From: Candidatus Thorarchaeota archaeon
Lineage (GTDB): Archaea > Asgardarchaeota > Thorarchaeia > Thorarchaeales > Thorarchaeaceae
Reading direction: 5' to 3'
Assembly: GCA_019057475.1 (NCBI GenBank)
Contig: DXJO01000010.1
Coordinates: 96,001 to 160,000 of the forward strand
DNA length: 64,000 nucleotides
The notes beneath the pieces were generated by a model that worked only from the letters and a program-made list of their open reading frames with translations, made no database searches and had not been told where the DNA came from. Both the position numbers and the translations under genes were made by a program. Position 1 is the stretch's first letter, and each line of letters begins with the position of its first letter. This document shows, piece after piece, positions 29,640 through 40,120 of the stretch.

Positions 29640-30270
29640 AATCAATGTGACTCCAGAGTTTTCCTGTCAATATATGCTCGTTCTATGGGTTATCGTCATT
29701 CAGAAATAGAAAAGAGGTTTCATTTATCGGGAACTAATGAGATCCCAATGGTTCTCTCGCACCCAATTGGAAGAACAGTCCCTACGACAAATTAGGACAC
29801 TTTCAGTGTACTCCGCTACAGACGTACCCAATTACTCTTCACTGTTCAAGAAGAACGACATTGACCATAATATCACATCCTTTTCAGAATTCGGTTCTCT
29901 ACCCATACTGATTCGCAATTTAGTTAAGCAGCATTGTGGTGACCTCTTGACTTCAAACATGAGTAGCTTGTAATTCCCTTCTGAGAGAAGGAAGTTCGCA
30001 AAGGTGTATAGGCTAGTTGCATAGCCAACGAGTATTATCGGCTTGAACTTCTGAAGCGTGTCTGCAAACCCCCTCATCTTAATAATAGACCCGGGATACA
30101 CAGAGGAACTGATGGCAGAGCTCCTGCAGAAGGTGCAGGATTATTGCAAACCACTCGATGTCGTGTTAAAGCATGTTGATAAAATAAGGCCGGAGAAGTC
30201 TGGTAAGACTAGAATTGTCAAATCGCTACGCAGCTTGGAGGATATTCAACGCGCCGATTTTCATAACTAG
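29640..30270 (+). pseudogene. Collapsed phenylacetate-CoA-ligase-like (PaaK/CapK) gene with an inverted internal piece
   Basis: Plus strand N-term SQWFS..DVPNYSSLF..LPIL; minus strand FKPIILVGYATSLYTFANFL (29964-30080); plus strand C-term VDKIRPEKSGKTRIVKS. The 5' boundary is approximate. Confidence 0.8.
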
Positions 30271-30385
30271 TACCTGAACGCAAATCGTTCATGTTCGTCA
30301 ATTGATTGAGCAATCGTTATTAGTATGACGTAGTTTCAAATAGAGTCAGATGGCCAACCAGAGAAAGCCACCAAGTGTGTAGAGG

Positions 30386-31117
30386 ATGGAGTCTCGCTTC
30401 ATGAAACTCGTAGTTATGATTCCCGCTTACAATGAGGAGAAGACCGTAGGCAAAGTCATTGATGAGATACCAAGGAGAATTGAGGGCGTAGACATCATAG
30501 AGGTCCTAGTAATTGATGACGGGTCAGTAGACAACACTCGGCAGGTCGCAGAGATTGCTGGGGCGAATCTGGTCGTTTCACACAGCAATAATAAAGGCCT
30601 TGCAGCATCGTTTCGTACAGGTCTAAAGACTGCCCTAAGAATGAAGGCAGACATTATTGTAAATACTGATGCCGATTTGCAGTATGACCAAACCCAAATA
30701 CGCCAGCTGGTGCGTCCGATACTCTCCAATAAGGCGGATATGGTCTTGGGATCGAGATTCAAGGGTTACATTGAGGAGATGCCAACTCGGAAGAAACTCG
30801 GAAACATACTTGCAACTTTTGTCACAAGAATTCTTTCTGGTTTCAATACTAGCGATGCACAGAGTGGCTTCAGAGCTTTCACTAGAGAACTTGCCAGCAG
30901 CTTGAAGATAACCTCTACGAAGACCTATGTTCAAGAAACTATTGTCAGAGCCGCCCGGTGTGGATATAGAATAGTCGAAATACCCATTACGTTTCGCAAG
31001 AGATCCGGCCCTTCACGTCTGATCAAGAGCATCTGGGGGTACGCTCTTAGAGTGTTACCTGAGCTGATATCATGCTACATCGATACGTTTAGGGCGTGTA
31101 GACACTTAAACACTTGA
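30386..31117 (+). CDS. GT2 glycosyltransferase (DPM/DPG synthase-like)
   Basis: IPAYNEE, IDDGSVD, TDADLQY, GSRF and DAQSGFRA. Confidence 0.92.
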   Translation: MESRFMKLVVMIPAYNEEKTVGKVIDEIPRRIEGVDIIEVLVIDDGSVDNTRQVAEIAGANLVVSHSNNKGLAASFRTGLKTALRMKADIIVNTDADLQYDQTQIRQLVRPILSNKADMVLGSRFKGYIEEMPTRKKLGNILATFVTRILSGFNTSDAQSGFRAFTRELASSLKITSTKTYVQETIVRAARCGYRIVEIPITFRKRSGPSRLIKSIWGYALRVLPELISCYIDTFRACRHLNT

Positions 31118-31136
31118 ATAACCTTTCCAAAATGTA

Positions 31137-32198
31137 TCACGCCCCTGCCTGTGATTCAAAGAAAGATGTATGTGCACAATACCACTCTATCATCTCTGTG
31201 AGGCCTTCGCGAAGTGAAACTGTTGGTCTGTACCCTAACATTCGCTTGGCTTTGCTAATACTAGCAAAGGTTGTTTTCACATCGCCTGGTTGATCTGAAA
31301 GATACTCTATCTTTGCCTCCTTTCCCAGGATGTCTTCGATAGTCTTGATGAACTCGCTAAGCACAATAATCCTTGAGTTTCCCAAGTTGAAAATTTCATA
31401 CTCATAGGGGTTCTCAACAGCACCTTGGATTCCCTCGACGATATCTTGAACGTAGGTATAGTCACGAGAACTGTTTCCGTCACCATACTGTTGTATAGTT
31501 TCTCCTCGATAGATGCCATCGATGAACTTGAAGGGCGCCATATCTGGACGGCCACGAGGTCCATATACTGTGAAGAACCTTAGACATGATACTTGGATTC
31601 CGTACAGACTGTGGTACGCATGTGTGACTACCTCGGCAGCTTTCTTTGTCGCGGCATACGGCGAACATGGCGCATCAGTTAGGTCATCCTCCCTGAACGG
31701 GACTTCAGATCTGTTGCCATAAACAGATGAAGTGGATCCCAGTATGAACTTCTCCATGTCACACCTACACGCCCAGTTGATGAGCTTGGCAGTTCCGGTT
31801 ACGTTAACATCAGCATAGGGGCCTGGCTTGGTAATGCTATTCCTTACACCCACAAGAGCTGCAAGATGAACCACCGTATCTATTTGCCAAGTATCGGATA
31901 TTCTTTTCATTACTTCTGAGTCACGGATGTCGCCGCGAACAAGATGAAATGCTTTGTTCTCCAAGGCTGCACTCAGATTGTGCTCCTTCAGTTGTGGGTT
32001 GTAGTAGTCATTGAAATTGTCCAAGCCAACAACAATCTTTCCCAGTGAGAGAAGACGGTCCACAAGGTGACTGCCTATGAATCCGGCTGCCCCAGTTATG
32101 AGTATCGCATCATTCTTGGTCATTATGTATTCACTCGTTGATTCAGTTGAAGCCTTCCTAGAACGCGGCGTCTGATTATGCTGAGTCAGTGCGACCAC
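31137..32198 (-). CDS. UDP-glucuronate 4-epimerase-like SDR
   Basis: ITGAAGFIG, DNFNDYY, HLAALVGVR, PYAATKK, RFFTVYGPRGRPDMA and QPGDV; the start may be ATG 32123. Confidence 0.9.
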   Translation of the reverse strand: MVALTQHNQTPRSRKASTESTSEYIMTKNDAILITGAAGFIGSHLVDRLLSLGKIVVGLDNFNDYYNPQLKEHNLSAALENKAFHLVRGDIRDSEVMKRISDTWQIDTVVHLAALVGVRNSITKPGPYADVNVTGTAKLINWACRCDMEKFILGSTSSVYGNRSEVPFREDDLTDAPCSPYAATKKAAEVVTHAYHSLYGIQVSCLRFFTVYGPRGRPDMAPFKFIDGIYRGETIQQYGDGNSSRDYTYVQDIVEGIQGAVENPYEYEIFNLGNSRIIVLSEFIKTIEDILGKEAKIEYLSDQPGDVKTTFASISKAKRMLGYRPTVSLREGLTEMIEWYCAHTSFFESQAGA

Positions 32199-32534
32199 TT
32201 ACATTCTATTAATCCTTTCAGTGTGTAACACACTCTGAAGATAACAACTGTGGCTTGCCTAAGCTACCTCTCTTCAGTATTCACAGATCACTGGACGAAT
32301 TCAACTGGAACTGTAATGGTGATTGGTGTCCACGGGGATTGTTGAGAGCTCCGGATGCATGACGTAACAATCGAAAACGAGTCTAGGGTTACTGAACGCG
32401 GACTATTATTTCTCATTCGCCTCCAGGATGCGGTCCTTACGGCGTGCGAGAGTTTCTGACTGCTTGTTTCATTGAATCTGTTACATGTGTTAATTGACCC
32501 GGAAACCCAAGTATGGTGCAATCACCGCACGAGA

Positions 32535-33785
32535 TCAGCCATCATTCCCCTCGTTTCTCTCAGAGGACAACCATGAACATCTGGAGCCCGCCAATAGCAC
32601 CGCGATGTAGCCAAGAGTGATGATGAGCGCTTGGACAATCCTCATGTCCGTTTCAGACAGCACACCCCTGACGGTAGTGAAGACGTAGACTGAAACCGCC
32701 CAATTGCCCACGCTGTCTTGGGCGTACACATGAAGCAGATGTGGGCCGTTCTCCGAAGGTAGGGTGAGGTTGTAAGGCGCTACAAGGGTTATGTTCGTTC
32801 TCATATCCCACCGACATACTACCCGAAATAATCCACTGACATCGACGATCGACAAGTTAACCATTGTATCCGGATCGTGAGTTGTACCGTTGGCTGGGCT
32901 GTTCAGTGTGATGCTTGGCCCTGTGTCATCCACAGTGAATGTATAGGTCACGTGAGCTTGGTTCCCTGCCATATCCCATGCATAGACATCGATTGTGTGA
33001 AGACCGTCGCCCGCTGGCAAGGCCGTATCATATGGGCTGAGGAGGGTTGTATTGGTGTTTCCATCCCAACTTGATATGACTTCTGCAAGACCTAGCTGGT
33101 CCTCCACATTCAGATTTACTATGGTGCCAGACCTGTGAGCTGTGCTGCTTTGGGGGTTCGACAGGAATACTGTGGGACTGGTGTCATCTGTAACAAATCC
33201 GAATCTTTGGCCAGACCAATTTCCAGAGCCACCTTGGGCGTAGATGAAAAGCTCGTGTGGTCCATCGCCCACAGTCAGTTCGACATCGTAGGGGGCTGCG
33301 AGAGTATGAACTCCCCCAGTATCCCAATTGAATATGACTTGAACTACACCAGAAGCGTCGCTGACCTCAAGATCAATCATAATGCCCGAATGATGCATAC
33401 TGCCATTCTCTGGATAGACCAGCACGATGCTTGGGCCAGTTTCACTGGCAGAAACCGAGGATGTTTCTTCGCCACTGCCTATGGATTGATTCTGTTGGTT
33501 GGAGGTGGAAACATGGTCTTCAATGGGAGATGAGATACGGAAATCCCCTGCCTTTAAATCAGCATTCCTTCCGATTTGTGGGGGTGCTATCACCTGCAAT
33601 GCCATAGGTTCCTGGTGGATTGCACGCGTGTTTGAAGCTGGTGATTCCGAAGAAATACCACTCTCGTGCATTGTGGGAACCACGGAGTATGGAAGGGTAT
33701 AGGCGGAAGACAACGGGCAAAGAACCAAAGGCAATAGCAGAACAAGCATCCCAATCCCGGCGATTACTCTGGCGTTTGATGTCAA
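32535..33785 (-). CDS. Secreted, C-terminally anchored protein with three Ig-like repeats
   Basis: N-terminal signal peptide, three repeats of about 86 aa and a C-terminal TM helix. Confidence 0.75.
   Translation of the reverse strand: MTSNARVIAGIGMLVLLLPLVLCPLSSAYTLPYSVVPTMHESGISSESPASNTRAIHQEPMALQVIAPPQIGRNADLKAGDFRISSPIEDHVSTSNQQNQSIGSGEETSSVSASETGPSIVLVYPENGSMHHSGIMIDLEVSDASGVVQVIFNWDTGGVHTLAAPYDVELTVGDGPHELFIYAQGGSGNWSGQRFGFVTDDTSPTVFLSNPQSSTAHRSGTIVNLNVEDQLGLAEVISSWDGNTNTTLLSPYDTALPAGDGLHTIDVYAWDMAGNQAHVTYTFTVDDTGPSITLNSPANGTTHDPDTMVNLSIVDVSGLFRVVCRWDMRTNITLVAPYNLTLPSENGPHLLHVYAQDSVGNWAVSVYVFTTVRGVLSETDMRIVQALIITLGYIAVLLAGSRCSWLSSERNEGNDG
32670..33443 (-). repeat. Three tandem intragenic Ig-like repeats of about 258 bp (86 aa)
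   Basis: Consensus P.I.L..P.....H.SG..V.L.V.D..G...V...WD......L.APY...LP..DG.H.L.VYA.D..GN at aa 115-200, 201-286 and 287-372. Confidence 0.85.
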
Positions 33786-34086
33786 GCAGGCTTTACCTCC
33801 CGATTTGCCTTAAAAAAGGACTGCACAACTAAGAATCTTTCTGTATGCTGATTCGGGGAAGGCTGCTGGATTTGCCCGCAGCGCGGGTGTGGTCATGATT
33901 TCTTTTGTTCTGATGTGGGTTCGTGTAATCCTCTCTCGGACTGATGCGATTTCGTTCGGGTTTCCGATGGTCTTCCTCCACACTGACAATTAGGCCCAGT
34001 CATGCTTATATCTGGGTAAACTTCAGAAATGGACCGTACAAACGACACAGACTATGAGGACATAATCCCTTACTGAGGCGAATGGA

Positions 34087-35415
34087 ATGAAGGTCATGAT
34101 AATCGGAGCTGGTTATGTGGGACTTACGATGGGCGTGGTCCTTTCAGCCACACACGAAGTTACGCTCTTGGATGTCGATGAAGACAAGGTGAAAGCCATT
34201 AACGAAATGAAATCACCAATCCATGAAAAAGGCATGTCTGATCTACTCACCCGGGGCATTTCAGAAGGACGCCTGAGGGCAATGACGCCGGATGAGGTTC
34301 TGGGTCGTCATGATATTGTGCTCATATGCGTCGGGACACCATCATCCTCAGATGGATCAGTTGACCTGAGCTACGTTGAGAGTGCCGCCACCATGGTTTT
34401 AGAAAGAGCCAATGAAATCTTCTCCAAGTACTGCGTCATTGGAATCAAGAGTACAGTTCCTCCTGGGACCACAAGAAGACTTGTGCTTGAACCTCTGGAC
34501 CGGGATGGATTCACCCATAGGGCTGGAGCTGCTTTCAACCCCGAGTTTCTGAGAGAAGGGTCCGCGATTGAGGACGCACAAAAACCCGACCGCATTGTGA
34601 TAGGTGCAAGTGATGCGAAGGCGTCAGAACTGGTGAAGCGCATGTACGAGGAATGCTTGACTAGAAACAGTACGGCATTCGTAGAAACATCTCTGGAATC
34701 AGCTGAACTATGCAAGTATGTAAGCAACAGTTTTCTTGCCTTGAAAATCTCTTTTGCAAACGAGATTGCTAACATTGTGGAGAGAATCCCTAGCGCAAAC
34801 TTCGCAGAGGTAATGATGGGGGTTGGATTGGACAGCAGGATTGCGCCTAGTTTCTTTGGTGCCGGCGCTGGCTACGGCGGTTCATGTTTGCCAAAGGATC
34901 TATCCGAGCTAATCCACCTGGCTCAGCATGACTTGAGCGTCGAAACTCCAATTCTGAAGGCGACACAACGAATCAATTCAGAAAGACCCCGGAAACTTGT
35001 TGACATGCTATTGAGATGTATCCCTGATGTTCATGGTGTAAAGATTTCTGTGCTAGGCTTGGCTTTCAAGCCCGAAACAGACGACATCCGCGAGTCGCCC
35101 AGTCTGAGCGTGATAGAAATACTCCAGACTCTTGGGGCAAAGGTCTGGGTTCATGACCCACTTCTCAACGAGATGCAACTAGATGACGAATTCATGAACT
35201 CCGTTACAGCAGTTGATGATCTTGACATTTGTCTGATAAACGCCTCTGGGTGCATTTTGATGACGAACTGGGAGAATTATGCGAATACAGGATTGGACGG
35301 CTTGACAAGACTTATGAAGAAGAAGATTTTTATCGATGGTCGAAGAGCATTCGTGAACGACAGCATGCCATCTGATGTTGTCTACATTGCTGTGGGGAAA
35401 CATCCTGGTTCGTGA
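34087..35415 (+). CDS. ugd: UDP-glucose 6-dehydrogenase family
   Basis: GAGYVGL, CVGTP, KSTVPPGTT, NPEFLREG, GYGGSCLPKD and GLAFKPETDDIRESP. Confidence 0.95.
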   Translation: MKVMIIGAGYVGLTMGVVLSATHEVTLLDVDEDKVKAINEMKSPIHEKGMSDLLTRGISEGRLRAMTPDEVLGRHDIVLICVGTPSSSDGSVDLSYVESAATMVLERANEIFSKYCVIGIKSTVPPGTTRRLVLEPLDRDGFTHRAGAAFNPEFLREGSAIEDAQKPDRIVIGASDAKASELVKRMYEECLTRNSTAFVETSLESAELCKYVSNSFLALKISFANEIANIVERIPSANFAEVMMGVGLDSRIAPSFFGAGAGYGGSCLPKDLSELIHLAQHDLSVETPILKATQRINSERPRKLVDMLLRCIPDVHGVKISVLGLAFKPETDDIRESPSLSVIEILQTLGAKVWVHDPLLNEMQLDDEFMNSVTAVDDLDICLINASGCILMTNWENYANTGLDGLTRLMKKKIFIDGRRAFVNDSMPSDVVYIAVGKHPGS

Positions 35416-35444
35416 AATGACTTCAGAACCTCTTTACGTAGGAA

Positions 35445-36413
35445 GTGCAAACACTGAGGGCAATAATACCAGTCGCCGGGAATGGATTACGCTTACGTCC
35501 GATTACTGAGTTGAAACCGAAGGTCCTCATCGAGGTTGCAGGCCGACCTGTTCTGGACCATATCCTCCGGAATCTTGCGGAGAGTAAGATCGACGAACTG
35601 GTGCTTATTGTGGGGCCCATGAAGAAGTTGGTAAAGGAATGGGCTGAGAAACTGTACGGTGACAGGTTCGCCCTGCGATACGTGAAGCAGGATAAGCAGT
35701 TGGGCTTGGGGCATGCGATCTACTGTGCGAAGGACTTCCTCGAAGGCAATGTACTGATTACTCTGGGAGATGAGATATTCTCCAGAAGCTATTCCTCGAT
35801 AATTGTATCAATGGGCTCTAACAACGCCGACGCAGCAATAGGAATTAAGGAAGTTGATGACCACCGTCACTATGGTATGATTAGAGTTGACAAAGACAAC
35901 ATTGTCACTGAGATGGTGGAGAAGCCACTGGAGTTTGATGGACGACTGGCTATTGCCGGCGTCTACTACCTGAGTGAAGCGTCACAGTTGAAGAAGGCTC
36001 TGGAGCAGACAATGAAGAAACGTGGCGTCGGAGGCGAGTATCAGCTCACTGATGCCCTTCAACTCATGGTTGAAGGTGGTATTCGCTTTTCGACTATCTC
36101 GGTAGGAGAATGGTATGACTGTGGCCGCCTTGAAACTTTGATGTCTAGCAATCGTCGTCTTCTAGAGAGAAGCCATTACGTGGATGAATCCGCGTACATT
36201 CTGAACTCTGAGATAATCGAACCCTGTTACATTGGTCCGAACACGAGAGTAGTCAACTCAAAGATAGGCCCCAATGTGTCCATGGGTGCAGGGGCATCGC
36301 TCGAAAGCTGTACACTTCGGGATTCGGTGGTCGAAAGCGGCACAATTGGAGCTGGCTATAACATTCGACAGTGCATTTTGTCCGGTAGTAAACTCCTTGG
36401 GTCAAACAGCTAA
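35445..36413 (+). CDS. Sugar-1-phosphate nucleotidyltransferase (RmlA-long/AglF-like) with a short LbH tail
   Basis: PVAGNGLRLRPIT..PK, QLGLGHAI, MVEKP, EYQLTDA and WYDCG. Confidence 0.9.
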   Translation: MQTLRAIIPVAGNGLRLRPITELKPKVLIEVAGRPVLDHILRNLAESKIDELVLIVGPMKKLVKEWAEKLYGDRFALRYVKQDKQLGLGHAIYCAKDFLEGNVLITLGDEIFSRSYSSIIVSMGSNNADAAIGIKEVDDHRHYGMIRVDKDNIVTEMVEKPLEFDGRLAIAGVYYLSEASQLKKALEQTMKKRGVGGEYQLTDALQLMVEGGIRFSTISVGEWYDCGRLETLMSSNRRLLERSHYVDESAYILNSEIIEPCYIGPNTRVVNSKIGPNVSMGAGASLESCTLRDSVVESGTIGAGYNIRQCILSGSKLLGSNS

Positions 36414-36657
36414 CGAGTGTTCCTCATAGCAGGTCGCTGACATGGAACACACCCACAATGTTTGTTTTTCCTTTTACATTCAATGTCTATCCTTTTCATA
36501 CAATGAATTTCCTCACAAAGAAATGGAATTGACATCATCGTGAAATTCATGGGATATCTATCAATAAAGAAACTGGGAGCGGTAGAAAAGGCAGTTCATT
36601 CATGTTTTCGAAGAAGTCCCTAAGAGTTCAATTGCATGCATTTGCCATGAGATACGG

Positions 36658-37469
36658 GTGGTTGAACACATCCATCTTACAGCTGAACGGATAGCCAAGT
36701 ATGCCGCAGTCATTAGAAAGCACAAGCCACGTATTGTGGTATGCTATGCTTCATGTCTATACTTGTCTGCTGAATTCCTAAGAACTGAAAGCATAGAGAT
36801 TCCATGCCCACAGGGTGTTCAAAGCAGTGCTGAGATGCTTCATGACTGGCAACTGTCTGCAATAAGTGCACAGTTCGAGTGTCCGGTTATGACAGGTACG
36901 GATGTAGAGAGGTAGGCGACATTGTCCACGAGTGTTCAGCTCATGATGGACTACATATTTCGCAAGAACTGATGCACGTAGAAGTACTGAAGGATGGTGA
37001 ATCCACAGCCTATGGGGAAGAGGGTGATATAGTAATTACATCCTTCGCGAACTACGCTTTTCCATTCATTAGATGCCATATCGGAGATTTCGGTGTGCTC
37101 CTTGATCCCGATGATTCATGCACATGTGGAAGAAGTTTCATTAAGATGTCACCTAAGGTTGGACGAAGCACCGACATTTTTCACTTCGAAAACGGACTTA
37201 TTGTTCATGGTAAATTTTTCACCCATCTATTCTACGACGCTCTCTCAGTTCGTCAGTTTCAAGTAGTTCAGAAATCGTATTCTAAAATTGAAATTAGGAT
37301 TGTACCCTCAAACTCCCTAGATGATGTCTCAGTTGGTCCGATTACTGAGGTGACACGTCAGAGTGTAGGATTACCAATCGATGTGGACTTTGTATTCACT
37401 GACAGAATCAAACCATCTCCTACTGGGATGCATCGCTTTGCAGTTTCCGAAGTTAAGCCATTGTTATGA
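36658..37469 (+). pseudogene. 5'-truncated, frameshifted PaaK/CapK-like ligase
   Basis: KHKPRIVVCYASCL..SSAEML in one frame, shifting near 36885 to YDRYGCREVG..GDIVITSF.NYAFPFIR..GD..GR..QFQVVQ. Confidence 0.85.
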
Positions 37470-37562
37470 TCCCATTCGGGCGGCGAGTAGATAGTCATCT
37501 TTGGACATACAAATGCGGGGTCGTGCAGTATCACTCCAAATCGCCAATACTGGTTGCCAGAC

Positions 37563-39197
37563 TTAATGATTCTGTTGCAGGGGTTCATCACTTCCGGCGC
37601 TAGAATTCACAAGCGATAATACCATCCTCTCGTATTTCAAAATGGGGCCTATAGCGAGGTTTATCCCTCTCATGGCTCCTAACGCACCATCAAGAATTCT
37701 AATGTCCTGATCTCTCACTGCTCGAGTTAATGGCAACAGGGTCAAGTAGAAAAGAATGAACAATGAAAAACCTGCAATCACCGTTGCCACGTAGTGCATC
37801 TCAACCAGTTGGTTGAGCAGGAGTATCATCACTGCCGCGATGCCTGAGCTCAGATAGATTCTGCCCAAGCTCAGGAAATCATATTTCAAATGTAACTGCT
37901 GCTTGCCTTTCCAGAGTCCAACAATGCAGGCTAAGAGTGTGGATACAAAATGCGCGGCGATGAGACCTTGCCCTCCAGCTAGTGCCGTAGAAATGAATCC
38001 AAGAGGCAAGAAAGCTACCACGTAGACGACATAGAATAGCAATGTTAGGGTATTCTTCCCAACGCCGCTGAAGAAACTAGTCAAGACACCATTCCCAAGT
38101 CCTACAAGTAGGAACACGCTGGAGAAAAGGGTCAAATACATTGATGCTGTAGCATATTCGCTTCCGTACAGAAGAAGTATGATCTCTTGGGACATAATCA
38201 TGAATATGGTTGCTGCAGGAACGATTACTAACGCGACATAGCGATGAGCCATTGCGAAGGCGCGACTGATGTCGGAATCTCCTGACAATGTACTGACTCT
38301 CGAGAAAGCTGGGAGCAACGCAATAAAGAGAGGAGCGGAAACAGCTCGTAGCAAAGTGGAGATGTTTACTGCAACACTGAAGTTTCCCACATCAACATCA
38401 GAGCTGAATGCTGCCAGAAGTACAAGCCTATATTGAATGGCAAAAGCTGCGATAATGGTTACGGCGTAAAGCGGAAGACCAAAGATCATAATCAATTTCG
38501 TATAGTATGTCTTGTTTCGCCCTTTGAAATTCACTTCTCCGTATTTCTGGAGTTCCTTCGCAAGCAAAGCTATAGAAATCACTCCTGTGACAACATAGGA
38601 AAGAACGAATCCAGATATGGCTCCAAACATCTCTAGACCAATAAGTATTAAGAAAACGGACATGCCTGCTTTCATGGATGCTTGGAAGATTCTGATGAAC
38701 CCACTCCATGAGGGTTTGTCCAGGCTCTGGAGTGCAAAGAACGCCACCCAGAATAAACCCTCGAATGCAACAGCAATGCATGAGAATGCTATGTATGGAG
38801 CTAGTGATGGCCTACCAAGTACAGCTTCTGCAAACAGGCCAGACAGTAGGAATCCTGTGATAGAAACAAAGGCAACGATAAGCAGCCTTAGAAGGAGTCC
38901 CACTCTGAGGGTCCTTAGCGCTTCCTTGTCATTTCCTTCTGCACGCATCTTTGGAACATATCTGACTAGTGCGATATCTATTCCAAAGATCGAGAACGAG
39001 AATAATAGTGAGGGCAGGACAAGTGCCAGACTATACTGAGCATATAGAACTGGGCCAAGCAGTCTTCCAACTAGTATTGTGCCTATCCCGTTGACAATGG
39101 TAGCCGTAACCATACCAAGCACAAGGGAAGTTGCGCCTCTAATCGAATCCTCTGCAAGGTCGGTTAGATTCTCGTTCGTTGGATTTACCGCACTCAC
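37563..39197 (-). CDS. Wzx-type oligosaccharide flippase
   Basis: About 14 TM; GRLLGPVLYAQY, ALVRY, LLPAFS and LLYGSEY. Confidence 0.88.
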   Translation of the reverse strand: MSAVNPTNENLTDLAEDSIRGATSLVLGMVTATIVNGIGTILVGRLLGPVLYAQYSLALVLPSLLFSFSIFGIDIALVRYVPKMRAEGNDKEALRTLRVGLLLRLLIVAFVSITGFLLSGLFAEAVLGRPSLAPYIAFSCIAVAFEGLFWVAFFALQSLDKPSWSGFIRIFQASMKAGMSVFLILIGLEMFGAISGFVLSYVVTGVISIALLAKELQKYGEVNFKGRNKTYYTKLIMIFGLPLYAVTIIAAFAIQYRLVLLAAFSSDVDVGNFSVAVNISTLLRAVSAPLFIALLPAFSRVSTLSGDSDISRAFAMAHRYVALVIVPAATIFMIMSQEIILLLYGSEYATASMYLTLFSSVFLLVGLGNGVLTSFFSGVGKNTLTLLFYVVYVVAFLPLGFISTALAGGQGLIAAHFVSTLLACIVGLWKGKQQLHLKYDFLSLGRIYLSSGIAAVMILLLNQLVEMHYVATVIAGFSLFILFYLTLLPLTRAVRDQDIRILDGALGAMRGINLAIGPILKYERMVLSLVNSSAGSDEPLQQNH

Positions 39198-39423
39198 ATC
39201 TCCATTTCTAGTCTTAAGCCGCAGCTCGGTTTCTTGCTGGTTCAGCTCTCCTCCTTATTATGATTACCTCGCAAGTCAATCTAATGCTACCGAAACATAC
39301 TTCTGACAAGGAGGTGCGGAACCTGAAATGCCACTGTTCAACGGGCATGTGCAATCCTACTGAACACTCTCCATCCTCCACACAACTCAGGTTCTGTGCA
39401 AACATGACCCTGGAAAAGGGCTT

Positions 39424-39561
39424 CTGCTTCCTGAGCTACAAATTAGGGAGTATGTGATAGTGCATTTGGCCTATGCCATCGAGAAGATGAAGTCAATGGA
39501 AGCCAAGAAGACACTAGCACTCTTTGAAGAGATGGCGAAGTTCGCAGAAGAAACTGAATAG
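39424..39561 (+). pseudogene. hypC: Orphan 3' half of a second, diverged hypC
   Basis: LLPELQIREYVIVHLAYAIEKMKSMEAKKTLALFEEMAKFAEETE*; 29/45 aa identical to HypC at 3385-3525, with no MC N-terminus. Confidence 0.92.
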
Positions 39562-39618
39562 ACCTGGAGTTTGATTGTAGAAAATGGGCAGATGGATCTT
39601 TGGAGAATAATTCATTAG

Positions 39619-40119
39619 ATGAAGCCAATGGTGGAGGTCATGCGACGATTTCGTCCAGAGCTGCTCAAAGGACTCACTGTACTTTGCATCTTCTTTACCG
39701 TGATAGTTTCCACAGAACTACTCCTGCCTTATCCAATTGAACATGCCCGATACACGTCTATTGACATCAGGAAAATCATCCAGAATCCCATTCCCTTTGA
39801 AGGACATGAGATATCGTCGGCTGCAACAGTTTCTACAGTTATCACCAATGAGTCATTTTCTATAGCTGAGGTCGCGGAAGGAGTCATACTAGTTTTCTCT
39901 TCTTCAGTTGGTCATCCAAGAGAAGGCGACAGAGTCATGTTCCGCGGCACTTCCTGGATTCATTTGAACAACTCAATTCTGGTACACGAGTTCTACACGC
40001 TAGACTACAACAGCTCGTTAATTCGCTCCATTCCTGGAATCCTCTTGTTCTTGGTGATGTTTTTCACAGTCTTCACGATAGACCTCAATCGTCTGGCATT
40101 TGTGACCCGGAGGCGCTGA
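39619..40119 (+). CDS. Hypothetical membrane protein (two TM helices flanking a possible OB-fold domain)
   Basis: N- and C-terminal TM helices; IIQNPIPFEGHEI..GDRVMFRG pattern. Confidence 0.55.
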   Translation: MKPMVEVMRRFRPELLKGLTVLCIFFTVIVSTELLLPYPIEHARYTSIDIRKIIQNPIPFEGHEISSAATVSTVITNESFSIAEVAEGVILVFSSSVGHPREGDRVMFRGTSWIHLNNSILVHEFYTLDYNSSLIRSIPGILLFLVMFFTVFTIDLNRLAFVTRRR

Positions 40120-40120
40120 A

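Noticed and set aside
32288-32521. 77-aa ORF downstream of the Ig-repeat gene, and similar possible tails at 12392-12530, 43560-43700 and 62335-62470
   Set aside because: They may be further eroded remnants, but I could not assign a family with confidence.
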